This document shows, one piece after another, positions 28,303 to 37,469 of a stretch of 64,000 bases of DNA. A program made the translations under genes and the position numbers. The notes under the pieces are model-generated. The model was not told the DNA's origin and made no database searches. It worked only from the letters and a program-made list of their open reading frames with translations. The first letter of the stretch is position 1; each line of letters begins with the position of its first letter. Origin of the DNA: Candidatus Levyibacteriota bacterium (GTDB lineage Bacteria > Patescibacteriota > Microgenomatia > Levybacterales > UBA12049); the NCBI GenBank assembly GCA_003152105.1, contig PLZJ01000003.1, positions 134,899-198,898 of the forward strand, in the 5' to 3' direction.

Positions 28303-29499
28303 CTAAGGAAGGCTTGAAAAAAGATTAATTGTTTTATTTACTTCAAGAAGTGGAGTGGAAACATCTTCAGATAAATAGTGCAGCGACCCATGCAACGGAT
28401 ATATATCTGCATTATCAAACGCCTCATCAATTCGTGAATTTGCAAATAATACTTCCGCTGTATTTATGTCACCCGTTGAAAATGCAGTTGCGACGTTATT
28501 GTCATGTAGCCGCATACTGTCTACGATATAGACGACCTTTTTTTCACCATCACGAAGCTCTACTTCAGCAGGTGAAATGGGGTAAAACATATCTCGTGTT
28601 ATTTCAAGTGGCGTAACAAAAAGATTGTTTTGATCGGCACCGATTAAGCGCTGCTTATATTCTATTTCTTTTTTCCCACCGTGCTCTCTTCCTGTATATG
28701 TTTGTCCATGCATAAACGTCATCCATAATCCATTTCGTTTGACAAACGATCCTCCAATACCCGTTTTTACATTATTAAATCCATCAATAATCGGAAAACA
28801 TACTTCATCAAGTTTTATTGGACTATCTGGAAATTCATCTTGTACGTGATACACACTAAATCTGTTCGTATTACCTTGTGCTAGATTATCTTCACGAACC
28901 ATAAAAATAGCACTGTCTGCTGTAGCAGATAAAATCATGGTGTTTTTTCCAATAATACTTCGCATTACAACTGGCGGCTTTGCAATTACCATACCATCTT
29001 TGTCTTTATATATGCGAACAATCATTGGGTGATATTCAGTTGACTGGTTTGGTGGTACGGCAGTTCCTCCAGATACTGATTCGATTGTCCCATCAGGTCC
29101 AACGAGCGTTATACCATCTCGTAAATCTTCGTAGTTCCAAAGCTCCTCAGGAGACTTAGAACGATCTGGCATGCTTCCAGTTGGATCTGGGATAATAAGG
29201 GGCCCTACATCTACACCTGAGCAGGTACGAATTCGATACTCATTATAATCAACTCCATCCTCAACTGTGCCCAAATTGATAATTTGTCTGGCTAAATACA
29301 ATCCAATACCACTATGGTAACTTGCGTTAAACGCGTCCCCAAAAAGCATACGAGCTTGTATCCTATCTCCAATAACAACACTCTTTCCAACATATCCTCT
29401 GGAGATTTCAAGTTTTTCTTGCGTGGTTAAAGAAGGAGTTGGATTTATTCCAACTTCAATAGGAGAAAATGTAGAACCTGTTTCTTGCAAAACTGGCAT
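28303..29499 (-). CDS. uncharacterised cytoplasmic protein (398 aa), GC-elevated island
   Basis: Long clean ORF with noticeably higher GC than the flanks. No TM, no signal peptide, no recognisable motif. Last gene of a three-gene minus-strand set. Confidence 0.5.
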   Translation of the reverse strand: MPVLQETGSTFSPIEVGINPTPSLTTQEKLEISRGYVGKSVVIGDRIQARMLFGDAFNASYHSGIGLYLARQIINLGTVEDGVDYNEYRIRTCSGVDVGPLIIPDPTGSMPDRSKSPEELWNYEDLRDGITLVGPDGTIESVSGGTAVPPNQSTEYHPMIVRIYKDKDGMVIAKPPVVMRSIIGKNTMILSATADSAIFMVREDNLAQGNTNRFSVYHVQDEFPDSPIKLDEVCFPIIDGFNNVKTGIGGSFVKRNGLWMTFMHGQTYTGREHGGKKEIEYKQRLIGADQNNLFVTPLEITRDMFYPISPAEVELRDGEKKVVYIVDSMRLHDNNVATAFSTGDINTAEVLFANSRIDEAFDNADIYPLHGSLHYLSEDVSTPLLEVNKTINLFSSLP

Positions 29500-29593
29500 A
29501 TTTCCTTGTATATCTAAGGTTGATACAACCTGATGAGTTTGTCAATAAGAAAAGGGGATCAAATACAATTTAAGGCACGCCAACTCTTTTTAT

Positions 29594-30322
29594 CTAGTAG
29601 CCTAATTTTTGTGCTTCTTCATATGAAACTTTATAATACCGCTCTGCAAGTTGTGCTCCTAAATAAACAAAATGAGGATTTCTGTAACTTGGGAATAGGG
29701 GAATCATAGGTTCTTTATCTGATTCTGGATTATATGAGTCCGTTACGTGTTCAACAAGCGAATATCCGCTTAATCCTTTGTGGTCTTGTAAAAACGTTCT
29801 TGCCTTAACAGCAAGATCAAGCAGTCGCACATCTTGATTTATCGTACCTTCTGTATGAGTAACTTGTGCTTCTTGATTTAATTCATCGTTTAATGTTCCA
29901 TTTAGTAATGCCTCTCCAAGTGCAAGTGGCAGTCGAACCATATCAATTCCATAGGAAAAATCTGAGCTAGAAACTGCATAGGGCATATCATTTGAATGGA
30001 ATATATGACCAATCATCATTTCTTGCACCAACTGCTGATCTCTAACCATCGCTGTTGCAATTTCTCGAGTTGATGGTGGACGTCCTAATTTACTAAATTC
30101 ATCATTTCGAAGTACTTCTAGACCAGATTCTCTAAATAATTCTGGGTATCTAAGTGGAAATGACAAGGTATTTTGGCATCGTGCCAGTAGCAAATCGGTC
30201 ACTCTTCTAAAATCTTTGTTACTAATATCTGCACTTTGTTGCTGTTCACGAACAAACAAACTTGTCCGCGACGTATCAAGGTGCGTTTGCTCTAAGTCTC
30301 TCCAAGAAGAATCACGTTCCAT
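29594..30322 (-). CDS. uncharacterised cytoplasmic protein (242 aa), GC-elevated island
   Basis: Clean ORF in the GC-elevated region, no recognisable motif. Confidence 0.5.
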   Translation of the reverse strand: MERDSSWRDLEQTHLDTSRTSLFVREQQQSADISNKDFRRVTDLLLARCQNTLSFPLRYPELFRESGLEVLRNDEFSKLGRPPSTREIATAMVRDQQLVQEMMIGHIFHSNDMPYAVSSSDFSYGIDMVRLPLALGEALLNGTLNDELNQEAQVTHTEGTINQDVRLLDLAVKARTFLQDHKGLSGYSLVEHVTDSYNPESDKEPMIPLFPSYRNPHFVYLGAQLAERYYKVSYEEAQKLGY

Positions 30323-30425
30323 ATAAGATGCTATTATAGTATAAATGCTATAGGATTACAAATGAGGCCATATTATTATGTAAGGCAATAGCTAACATGA
30401 GTTACTACTTCTCCTAATACTTAGG

Positions 30426-30782
30426 TTATTTCAATCCTGAATCGGAAGTAGGACTCTGTGAATCGTTATCATTCGTGCTATCAACTACAATCAAGTGAAT
30501 TGTTCCAGTTTTTGAATGTTTCCCAATTAAATCGAATATCGTTTCTTCTAAAGATTTTTCAGCAGGTTTTGAACTAGAAAACTTTGGAATAGTATATGTT
30601 ACTCTGGGAACTGCATCTAAAACATCCTTAACAGGCGTCAAATCATGCAAGTTACCATCTGAATAAAATCCAGCGTCAATTGCTTTTTTATAATTAATCA
30701 TTCTTTGTGTAGGCACAAATTCCTTCCCTTTATTCATAGTGGCATTATAGCAAAAACTGTGTAAAAATATCTTATATAACAA
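30426..30782 (-). CDS. uncharacterised small protein (118 aa; true start may be the internal Met at 30737)
   Basis: ORF in the island. A TATAAT-like box (gctataatgcc) lies just upstream of the internal ATG (MNKGKEF...), so the N-terminus is uncertain. Confidence 0.4.
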   Translation of the reverse strand: MLYKIFLHSFCYNATMNKGKEFVPTQRMINYKKAIDAGFYSDGNLHDLTPVKDVLDAVPRVTYTIPKFSSSKPAEKSLEETIFDLIGKHSKTGTIHLIVVDSTNDNDSQSPTSDSGLK

Positions 30783-30826
30783 AAAGCAGTAAAATGTATT
30801 AAAATGGCATAAATTAACTTATAGTA

Positions 30827-30855
30827 TTGACAGTTGACCTCACATTTACTACAAT
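30827..30855 (+). promoter_or_regulatory. sigma70-like promoter (TTGACA-N17-TACAAT) in the divergent intergenic region
   Basis: ttgaca at 30827-30832 and tacaat at 30850-30855 with 17-nt spacing. A second tacaat lies at 30863-30868 immediately before ATG 30869. Confidence 0.3.
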
Positions 30856-31834
30856 TCCAAAATACAATATGGCAAGAGCTGAAAATGATCAACCACAACA
30901 AGAAAGCTTCTTAAGTAAAAGGATAGGAATGTTTCGTAAAAAAGGGATATTTTCTCCCAGTCCCGTCCAAACTGCTGATGCTGACAAACCACTCTCAGCG
31001 CAACTCCTAGGGGTAAATATGCTTGAGAGCTCAGAAGAAAATATTTCTTGGGATAAATTTAAATTTTATTTCTCAGCACTTCCTCTTTCAATCGAACAAT
31101 TAAATCCAAGTCGCGCTGGATTTGGAGATTTGTATGTAGCGCAAAGAAACTCAGGTCAACCTATAACGGTAGTTCCAATGTATATAAAGGAATGGAAAAA
31201 GGGACATCATGGATTCCATGAAGATTTACTTCTCATTCTGGCACTTAATCATCATGATCATGTTGTTGGAATGAGAACGATAAATATGAAATTTTCTGGA
31301 CCAGTAATTCAATCTGAAGGAGCAGTTGCTTCAGCTATCTGTGATGAAGGAATTGCAAGCGTCTTAGAACAAGTAAGAGATCGAACAATGCATGAACTAC
31401 TTACTAAGCTTCGTCGTGAAGGAAAAGGAATTAAGGCAATTAAACACACTGTGCAAGATGAAAATAAAGGAGCACTTGAAAAGTTTCAAAGCGAAGCACG
31501 TTTACATCCAGAAGATCCATTATTTGCAATGAGATTTGAGCATGCAAGAGAAGATAGACCAAGATGGGAAACGCTTTTTAGTCCAAGTAGTCAAAGACAT
31601 ATTAATCCAAACCAACAAATTTGGATTCAACCAAATGACTTGTTATCGAGAGGATTTTGTTCACCTGAAAAAACGGTGTTTATGATGAAAAAACAAAAAG
31701 GACAAGAGGGTACTGTGTGGGATTTTGAAGAATTTTCTGATCAAACAATTATCAGTACAATGCAACAAAGATATCTAGACAAACCTTACTTAGCAACTCA
31801 AATGAAACTTGCATTGACACAAAGACCTGAATAA
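30827..31834 (+). CDS. uncharacterised protein with protein-kinase-N-lobe-like motif order (likely real start at ATG 30869)
   Basis: The ORF track starts at a TTG that coincides with the -35-like hexamer, and the in-frame ATG at 30869 (MARAEND...) is more plausible. Ordered motifs GFGDLYVA / VVPMYIK / HEDLLL / LNHHDHVVG resemble Gly-loop, beta3-Lys, alphaC-Glu and the HPN-like segment of kinases. No HRD/DFG motif found. Confidence 0.45.
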   Translation: MTVDLTFTTIPKYNMARAENDQPQQESFLSKRIGMFRKKGIFSPSPVQTADADKPLSAQLLGVNMLESSEENISWDKFKFYFSALPLSIEQLNPSRAGFGDLYVAQRNSGQPITVVPMYIKEWKKGHHGFHEDLLLILALNHHDHVVGMRTINMKFSGPVIQSEGAVASAICDEGIASVLEQVRDRTMHELLTKLRREGKGIKAIKHTVQDENKGALEKFQSEARLHPEDPLFAMRFEHAREDRPRWETLFSPSSQRHINPNQQIWIQPNDLLSRGFCSPEKTVFMMKKQKGQEGTVWDFEEFSDQTIISTMQQRYLDKPYLATQMKLALTQRPE

Positions 31835-31869
31835 CAAATTAAGCAGTAATCGCTACTTATATCACTTAG

Positions 31870-32469
31870 TTAGGATTTTTGATATACCTTTTTAAATTGC
31901 GGAAGATCAGCTGCTCTCTTCTCTCTCTTATATCCAAGTTCTACGGCTAGGGCACTTGACCATCCGCTTCGTACTATTGAAGTATCATTATCATCGCTTG
32001 CACTTGCTGCATCAATAATTCTGGCGATTACCGTTTTTCCATCAAAATCCTCTGGATATCTTCTCATAACATCTCTAATAACCCGGTCAGACATAAGACC
32101 AAGTGTTGAACCAAGACCTTTCCCTTCAAATCCTGGTCTTGTAAGCGAGGCAGACGTAATAGTAATTACTCCGTTTTTCGTATGATTAAAATAAAATGAT
32201 CTTCCTGAAACTTCTCCACCCATTAGCACTACTTTACTTAAATTATTATCAGTATACAGAGAATCGGCAAGTGCTGAAGGCTGTGTAAGCGACAGCACAA
32301 GTCGTGCCTGACGAGCATAAATGTTATGCACATAGTACGCCAGTATATAAGGAGTGCGTTCAATGATTTGTTCATGAGATCCAACAAAACCATTAGAATC
32401 ACTAGATCTTTCAAATGGAAGTGAAGCTGATCTTCCTTTTATTGCTGGTCTATTCTCGAGTCCTATCAT
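31870..32469 (-). CDS. GNAT-family N-acetyltransferase-like protein (putative)
   Basis: FEGKGLGSTLGLM resembles GNAT motif A (R/Q-x-x-G-x-G/A). C-terminal ...SALAVELGYKRE resembles a GNAT terminal strand. 199 aa. Confidence 0.4.
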   Translation of the reverse strand: MIGLENRPAIKGRSASLPFERSSDSNGFVGSHEQIIERTPYILAYYVHNIYARQARLVLSLTQPSALADSLYTDNNLSKVVLMGGEVSGRSFYFNHTKNGVITITSASLTRPGFEGKGLGSTLGLMSDRVIRDVMRRYPEDFDGKTVIARIIDAASASDDNDTSIVRSGWSSALAVELGYKREKRAADLPQFKKVYQKS

Positions 32470-32566
32470 AGAACTCCTATTATAGCATAAAATAAGCCTA
32501 TAATAAAGTGTTGTTGAAATAAACCAGCTTCAATGAAGATATTGAGAATAAGATAAAATGAACTAT

Positions 32567-33469
32567 CTATAAATCGGTTACTTGAGGAATTACTTCGAGA
32601 GATACTTTTTTAATCGGATCTATTTCATACATGGTAGGAATGCCCATTATTGCATGATCAATTCCAAGACTATGAAGATGCTTTAATTCTTCAACTACTT
32701 TTTTTGCATCAAACTCAGGTGGCACTTGATAGAGAACTGTTTTTTCAATTTCATCATAATTTCTCCCAACATCGCTGCAATGTTTTTTTAATATATCAAG
32801 TTTTCGAACGAGTTCCTCTTCACCAGCTCTTGCAAATAAATTACATGCATCTGCATACTGTGCAACGTATCGAAGGGTCTTTTTTTCACCACCACCACCA
32901 ATTAATATTGGAGGATGTGGTTTTGAAATAGCTTGCGGATGATTCAAAGGACGGGGGAGAGTAAATTGTTTTCCAGTAAATGCACGCTCATCATCGCTCC
33001 ACATTTGCTTTGCTAGTTTTAATACATCTTCTAGTTGTTCAAATCTGACTTTAATTTCAGGAAATGGAAACCCAAGTGCTTTCGATTCACTTTCATTCCA
33101 TGCAGCACCAACACCAAAATATGCTCTTCCATTACTAATAACATCAAGCGTAGTTACTGCTTTTATTAAAAGTGCAGGTTGTCGATAGATAACTCCCGTA
33201 ACCATTGTTCCAAGTTTTACCTGTTTTGTAATACCAGCTAAATACCCAAGTGTAGTATATGCTTCAAGCATTGGCTCTTCTTCAGGACCGATATATTCTA
33301 TTTGGAAAAAATGATCCATTACCCATAAACTAGAAAAGCCGCCTTTATCAGCAGTTTGTGCAATTTTTGTAAGTATCGAATGGATTGTTTTTGGCTCTCC
33401 AGGCCAAGTGAATTTACTAATTTGAAGTCCGACTTTCATTTCTATAAGTGTAGCGCATTTTTGTAACAT
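32567..33469 (-). CDS. LLM-class (luciferase-like) F420-dependent oxidoreductase
   Basis: MKVGLQISKFTWPG...SLWVMDHFFQ...GTMVTGVIYRQPALLIKAVTTLDVISNGRAYFGVGAAW is a typical luciferase-like monooxygenase / F420-dependent TIM-barrel signature. Confidence 0.75.
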   Translation of the reverse strand: MLQKCATLIEMKVGLQISKFTWPGEPKTIHSILTKIAQTADKGGFSSLWVMDHFFQIEYIGPEEEPMLEAYTTLGYLAGITKQVKLGTMVTGVIYRQPALLIKAVTTLDVISNGRAYFGVGAAWNESESKALGFPFPEIKVRFEQLEDVLKLAKQMWSDDERAFTGKQFTLPRPLNHPQAISKPHPPILIGGGGEKKTLRYVAQYADACNLFARAGEEELVRKLDILKKHCSDVGRNYDEIEKTVLYQVPPEFDAKKVVEELKHLHSLGIDHAIMGIPTMYEIDPIKKVSLEVIPQVTDL

Positions 33470-33522
33470 TTGTGTAAGAAAATATAAACTCTATTGACTT
33501 ATATTTTATATAGTTATATGCT

Positions 33523-33936
33523 TTGTACACAAAACATATGGATAATAGTAAAATCATTGAGGAATTTCGAAAAAACCACGGTAAAGTAGGCGGCATGTTT
33601 GAGGGAATGAATATTTTGCTTGTGACTGCAATTGGTGCAAAATCTGGCAAAGAAATTACCTTTCCCGTTGCGTATACCATTGACGATGGTCAATATATCA
33701 TTGTTGCATCCAAAGGGGGAGCACCTGAGAATCCAAGTTGGTATTATAACTTAACTTCACATCCTCAAGTAGTTGTTGAACTAGGTGATGAAAAATTCAA
33801 TGCGGTTGCTAAGGAAACAATCAATGAAGAAAGAGAACGATTATTTGATTTACACGCAAAAGTTTATCCAACCTTCTATGAATATAAAGCAAAAACATCA
33901 CGAGTTATTCCTGTCTTTTTACTCAAAAGAGCATAA
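33523..33936 (+). CDS. Ddn/DUF385-family deazaflavin (F420H2)-dependent reductase (split-barrel)
   Basis: HGKVGGMFEGMNILLVTAIGAKSGKEITFPVAY...APENPSWYYNLTSHPQVVVELGDEKF matches the nitroreductase-family deazaflavin-dependent oxidoreductase signature (GxKSGK...NP.WY.NL). Confidence 0.7.
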   Translation: MYTKHMDNSKIIEEFRKNHGKVGGMFEGMNILLVTAIGAKSGKEITFPVAYTIDDGQYIIVASKGGAPENPSWYYNLTSHPQVVVELGDEKFNAVAKETINEERERLFDLHAKVYPTFYEYKAKTSRVIPVFLLKRA

Positions 33937-34205
33937 TATATTCTCCTAACTATTGACTTCCATAATCTCCAGAATAGTATCTCAAATGTATATTACATGA
34001 AAGTGAAAAAGAAATAATAAAAATATAGTATATGAGTGGAATGGCAGGGGGAAGAAAATAGGCGCAGAATTGCGTTTTGCGTGCGAGCCCTGGTTGGGGA
34101 TCGTGCCTATTTCTTCTTTCATGCGTATGCATGCCTGCCACTCCTTGGCATCACCTCCTTTCATAGAAATATTTTAGAATCGAACTCTGTGGTTACCCGA
34201 CGTCC

Positions 34206-34850
34206 TTACAGACTTGCTGCAACAACGGGATCCATGTCCATCATGATAACGTGGATTTCCACTTCTCCGTCGACAAGATTACCGAACATGTCACCCATAT
34301 GAAGTCGATACGAGTTGCGTATCTTTTCAGAGGCGGCGGCATCAAGACGCAACTGACATGGTCTGCATGACCGAACGTGATCCTTGAGCTCGCTACTGAG
34401 GTACGGAAATTCGTCGACGGTGAACTCTACTCTGGTCGTCAATCTCTCGAAAGGGTCATCCACCGAGGGTCGATGAGTGAGCAAATCGAACCAATCGAGC
34501 GTGAGTTGCCGATCACAGAGCGCATCCGAAAGATGGGCGACGCCGTCGAAAGGAACCACGCACGCAAAGATTGGGTTTTCGAGATAACGGTTGACATCGT
34601 TATAGAGCAACTGGCCGGGGCCGAGAACAAGAACCAGTGGGCAAGAAGTAAGAAGCTTCGAAAAGTCTTCGCTCTTATTGGCGTAATCGATGATCGACTC
34701 GAGTGAGCCGGTATCCACAACCACAACGTAGTCGCTTGGCCAGCTATCGAAATCAACCACGATCGCATCTTCACTCAAGTCCTCTGGTAGAGCCTTGATA
34801 AGTTCCTCTGAGACTCCCTCGAAAATATACACGAATCGAATTCCTTTCAC
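34206..34850 (-). CDS. hypothetical protein (214 aa) in a local high-GC patch
   Basis: Clean ORF with the highest GC in the window (~50%). No recognisable motif. Overlapping short plus-strand ORFs are likely spurious. Confidence 0.4.
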   Translation of the reverse strand: MKGIRFVYIFEGVSEELIKALPEDLSEDAIVVDFDSWPSDYVVVVDTGSLESIIDYANKSEDFSKLLTSCPLVLVLGPGQLLYNDVNRYLENPIFACVVPFDGVAHLSDALCDRQLTLDWFDLLTHRPSVDDPFERLTTRVEFTVDEFPYLSSELKDHVRSCRPCQLRLDAAASEKIRNSYRLHMGDMFGNLVDGEVEIHVIMMDMDPVVAASL

Positions 34851-35193
34851 GTGAATCAGGTTTTGACTACTCTACGATCTCTGATATTTCATGAGCACTT
34901 CTTAGTAAAAAGCCTCATCCTCTTCCTTCTCTTATTCTTTGTTTTGTTTTTAGTTCACATGCGTAACTCCGTTAACATAAAATTATCATTCCAAAATGGA
35001 AGACACTTTAAGTACCATGTAAAATGATAATCAAAGTGCCTTCCACTTGTATTTCTATAAAGGTGTTAATGAGCCAGTAAAAAAGTAAAAACAACATTTA
35101 ATAGGCAGCTTATGCCTAATTTGCTGTTTTTAGTTTAGGAATTGTATCAGAAAGCATTACATTAGTCAATTACTACAGGGTGAAAAAAGAGAT

Positions 35194-35787
35194 TTATGTA
35201 TGTACATTTTGTGACTTAGAAAATAAAGCTAAATCATCCATAGTATCAATATCAAACGCAGTTGTATTATTCACATATACGTAGTAAGACAAATTATTGT
35301 TTTTTGCACACTTTTCAAATTTTTTTAGACTGTTTCGCCCAAATAAATAGGGGAGTAGTAATGGTTTTTTCATAGCTATTGCGTTTGTTCCTGTTTGCTC
35401 TTTGGAAGAAGCAAAAACAATATCATATTTTCCAAGTAGAGTTACCATATCCTGTACATTCTGGGTCGTAACAAGAGGCAAATCAGAAGAAATAACCAGA
35501 AGTGGTTTTGATTCTACTAATAAAGAGGCTTCAGTCAACGCCTTATTATGTGTTGTTGTTTTGTCAAAAAGTGTTTTTACACCAAATTCTTTTGCTAAAC
35601 TTGCTACTTTCTTGTCTTTTGAAACCAAGTAAATGTCGTCACATACTTTTGAGTGAATAAGAGTAGCTATAACGTGAGATACCATTGATAATACCAACGC
35701 TTCTCTTTGTTCGATACTTAATTGTTTTGAAAGTCGAGACTTTGCATTTGCTAATAACTTAACAGGTATTAATACATTTACTTTCAT
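35194..35787 (-). CDS. cofC: 2-phospho-L-lactate (or PEP-derived) guanylyltransferase CofC
   Basis: MKVNVLIPVKLLANAKSRLSKQLSIEQREAL... matches the CofC/MobA-like N-terminus (IPVK.L..AKSRL). GTNAI motif. 197 aa. Immediately downstream of cofD with a 4-nt overlap. Confidence 0.8.
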   Translation of the reverse strand: MKVNVLIPVKLLANAKSRLSKQLSIEQREALVLSMVSHVIATLIHSKVCDDIYLVSKDKKVASLAKEFGVKTLFDKTTTHNKALTEASLLVESKPLLVISSDLPLVTTQNVQDMVTLLGKYDIVFASSKEQTGTNAIAMKKPLLLPYLFGRNSLKKFEKCAKNNNLSYYVYVNNTTAFDIDTMDDLALFSKSQNVHT

Positions 35788-36707
35788 ATTGCATGTAAAA
35801 CAGTTTCAGCTAATGCTTTCTTTGATAGCAGCGTTTTCATTATTGTATTGGTAATGACAACTTTTATAGCAAATCGTTCAATTTCTTTTTTTAATACACT
35901 ATCCTTCTTATCAATTATCAAAACATCGATAAAGTCTTGATACAGTTTTGCAACACCAATGGCGGATGGTTCAAATCCAAGACCTGAGAGCATCTTATCT
36001 GCTGGACCTTTAATTGTTTTTCCTGCAATTATTGGACTTATTGCTATTTTTTTAGCTTTTGCTTGAAATAACAATTCTCGCATTGTAGGAACTGCTAAAA
36101 TTGCGCCGATACTAACAATTGGATTACTAGGAGCAACAATAATACAATCTGCTCCCGCAATTGCCTCTTTTACCTCATCACTTGGGGTTGCCTGTGCGAT
36201 CCCTTTAAACCACACATCCACTACCTGATCTTTGCATTTTCTTTTTACAAAATATTCCTGAAAGGGAAATACTCCCTTTCTTGTATGTACCATTGTTGTA
36301 ATCTTGTCATTTGTCATTGGAAGAAGAGCTATGGGAATGTTATATCTTTCAACGAGTTGTTTTGTTACTTCAGTTTTTGTTTTACCGCTTTGAAGTAGTG
36401 AAGTACGTAGCAGATGTGTTGCAATATCTTTATCACCAAGCGTAAACCACGTATCAATTCCTAGTTTCTTAAGTTGAGAAAGCGTCGTATATGTGTCATT
36501 TTTTACACCCCATCCTTGTTTTTTATTATTGTTCCCAGATAGTGTATAGATAATAGTGTCAATATCAGGACATACGTATAGACCGTAAAACTCTTCGTCA
36601 TCTCCAGTATTCACGATTACGGTAATGTCTTTTGGATCAGTAACTTTGACGAGTCCTTCTAAAAATCGTGCGGCTCCAACGCCACCTGCGAGTACTGTTA
36701 TTTTCAT
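35784..36707 (-). CDS. cofD: 2-phospho-L-lactate transferase CofD (F420-0 synthase)
   Basis: MKITVLAGGVGAARFLEGL N-terminus characteristic of the CofD/YvcK family. 307 aa. Sits between cofE and cofC. Confidence 0.85.
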   Translation of the reverse strand: MKITVLAGGVGAARFLEGLVKVTDPKDITVIVNTGDDEEFYGLYVCPDIDTIIYTLSGNNNKKQGWGVKNDTYTTLSQLKKLGIDTWFTLGDKDIATHLLRTSLLQSGKTKTEVTKQLVERYNIPIALLPMTNDKITTMVHTRKGVFPFQEYFVKRKCKDQVVDVWFKGIAQATPSDEVKEAIAGADCIIVAPSNPIVSIGAILAVPTMRELLFQAKAKKIAISPIIAGKTIKGPADKMLSGLGFEPSAIGVAKLYQDFIDVLIIDKKDSVLKKEIERFAIKVVITNTIMKTLLSKKALAETVLHAI

Positions 36708-36710
36708 ATG

Positions 36711-37469
36711 CTAACGGAATAAGTCAATTTTTGCATTTCGTAAAAGCGTTTTTGCATCTGTATTTTTTTCTTGATATGCATAGCCTCGGATATGAGCAGC
36801 TGGAACTTTATCTACTTTTCCCATTACAAGTTCTGCACTTGCTGCAAGTTCATCTGCTATACCAATAACACTGGCAGAAAGCGTATACCCATACGAATCT
36901 TTTTCTCCTCTATAATCACGTATTGCCTCCATTCCTGCTACGCCAATTGCAAAATTTACTTGCCCTTCTCTCCATGGCCTTCCCCATGTATCAGAAATGA
37001 TAACCGCGACTTTTTGTACACCACTTAGTTCTTGCAGATTACTTCGAATAAGTTTTGCGGATGCATCTGGATCGCTGGGTAAAAGCGTTGCCGTGTCTGT
37101 GTTTCCAACATTTGATTGATCTATACCAGCATTTGCGCATATAAAACCTTGTTTTGTTTCAGAAATAATTACCCCATGATCCATACGAACTATTCGTTTA
37201 CTTTCTCGAAAAATCAATTCAATAAGACGTGGGTCTTTTTTAAATTCAGTTGCAAAACCTATTGCTTTATCAGAGGGTTCTATTTCGGAAAGCAAAACAA
37301 CTTGCCCTTCAGCTTTGGATACGATTTTTTGTGTAACAACAAGTATGTCACCCTCTTCTATATGAAGATTCTGTTTTTTACATGATGAAACTAAATGCAT
37401 TGCAATGTTTGAGGCTTTTGTAATTTCTCCTATATGCGTAAGAGGTGAAATAATTACTGTATCAGTCAT
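36711..37469 (-). CDS. cofE: F420-0:gamma-glutamyl ligase CofE
   Basis: EEGDILVVTQKIVSKAEGQVV and GANAGIDQSNVG motifs typical of CofE. 252 aa. 4-nt overlap with the upstream Fgd-like gene. Confidence 0.8.
   Translation of the reverse strand: MTDTVIISPLTHIGEITKASNIAMHLVSSCKKQNLHIEEGDILVVTQKIVSKAEGQVVLLSEIEPSDKAIGFATEFKKDPRLIELIFRESKRIVRMDHGVIISETKQGFICANAGIDQSNVGNTDTATLLPSDPDASAKLIRSNLQELSGVQKVAVIISDTWGRPWREGQVNFAIGVAGMEAIRDYRGEKDSYGYTLSASVIGIADELAASAELVMGKVDKVPAAHIRGYAYQEKNTDAKTLLRNAKIDLFR

Noticed and set aside
28329-28616. 95-aa plus-strand ORF inside the 398-aa island gene
   Set aside because: Antisense shadow ORF. The minus-strand frame is much longer and compositionally coherent.
33950-34302. 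Overlapping short ORFs 33950-34141(-), 33982-34164(-), 34036-34302(+)
   Set aside because: Mutually overlapping in a non-coding GC-rich spacer with no motifs. Treated as spurious, and the region is flagged instead as possible structured RNA.
36668-37385. Plus-strand ORFs (36668-36868, 36771-37028, 37116-37385) antisense to cofD/cofE
   Set aside because: They are shadow ORFs inside genes with strong CofD/CofE signatures. Cys/Phe/Tyr-rich nonsense composition.
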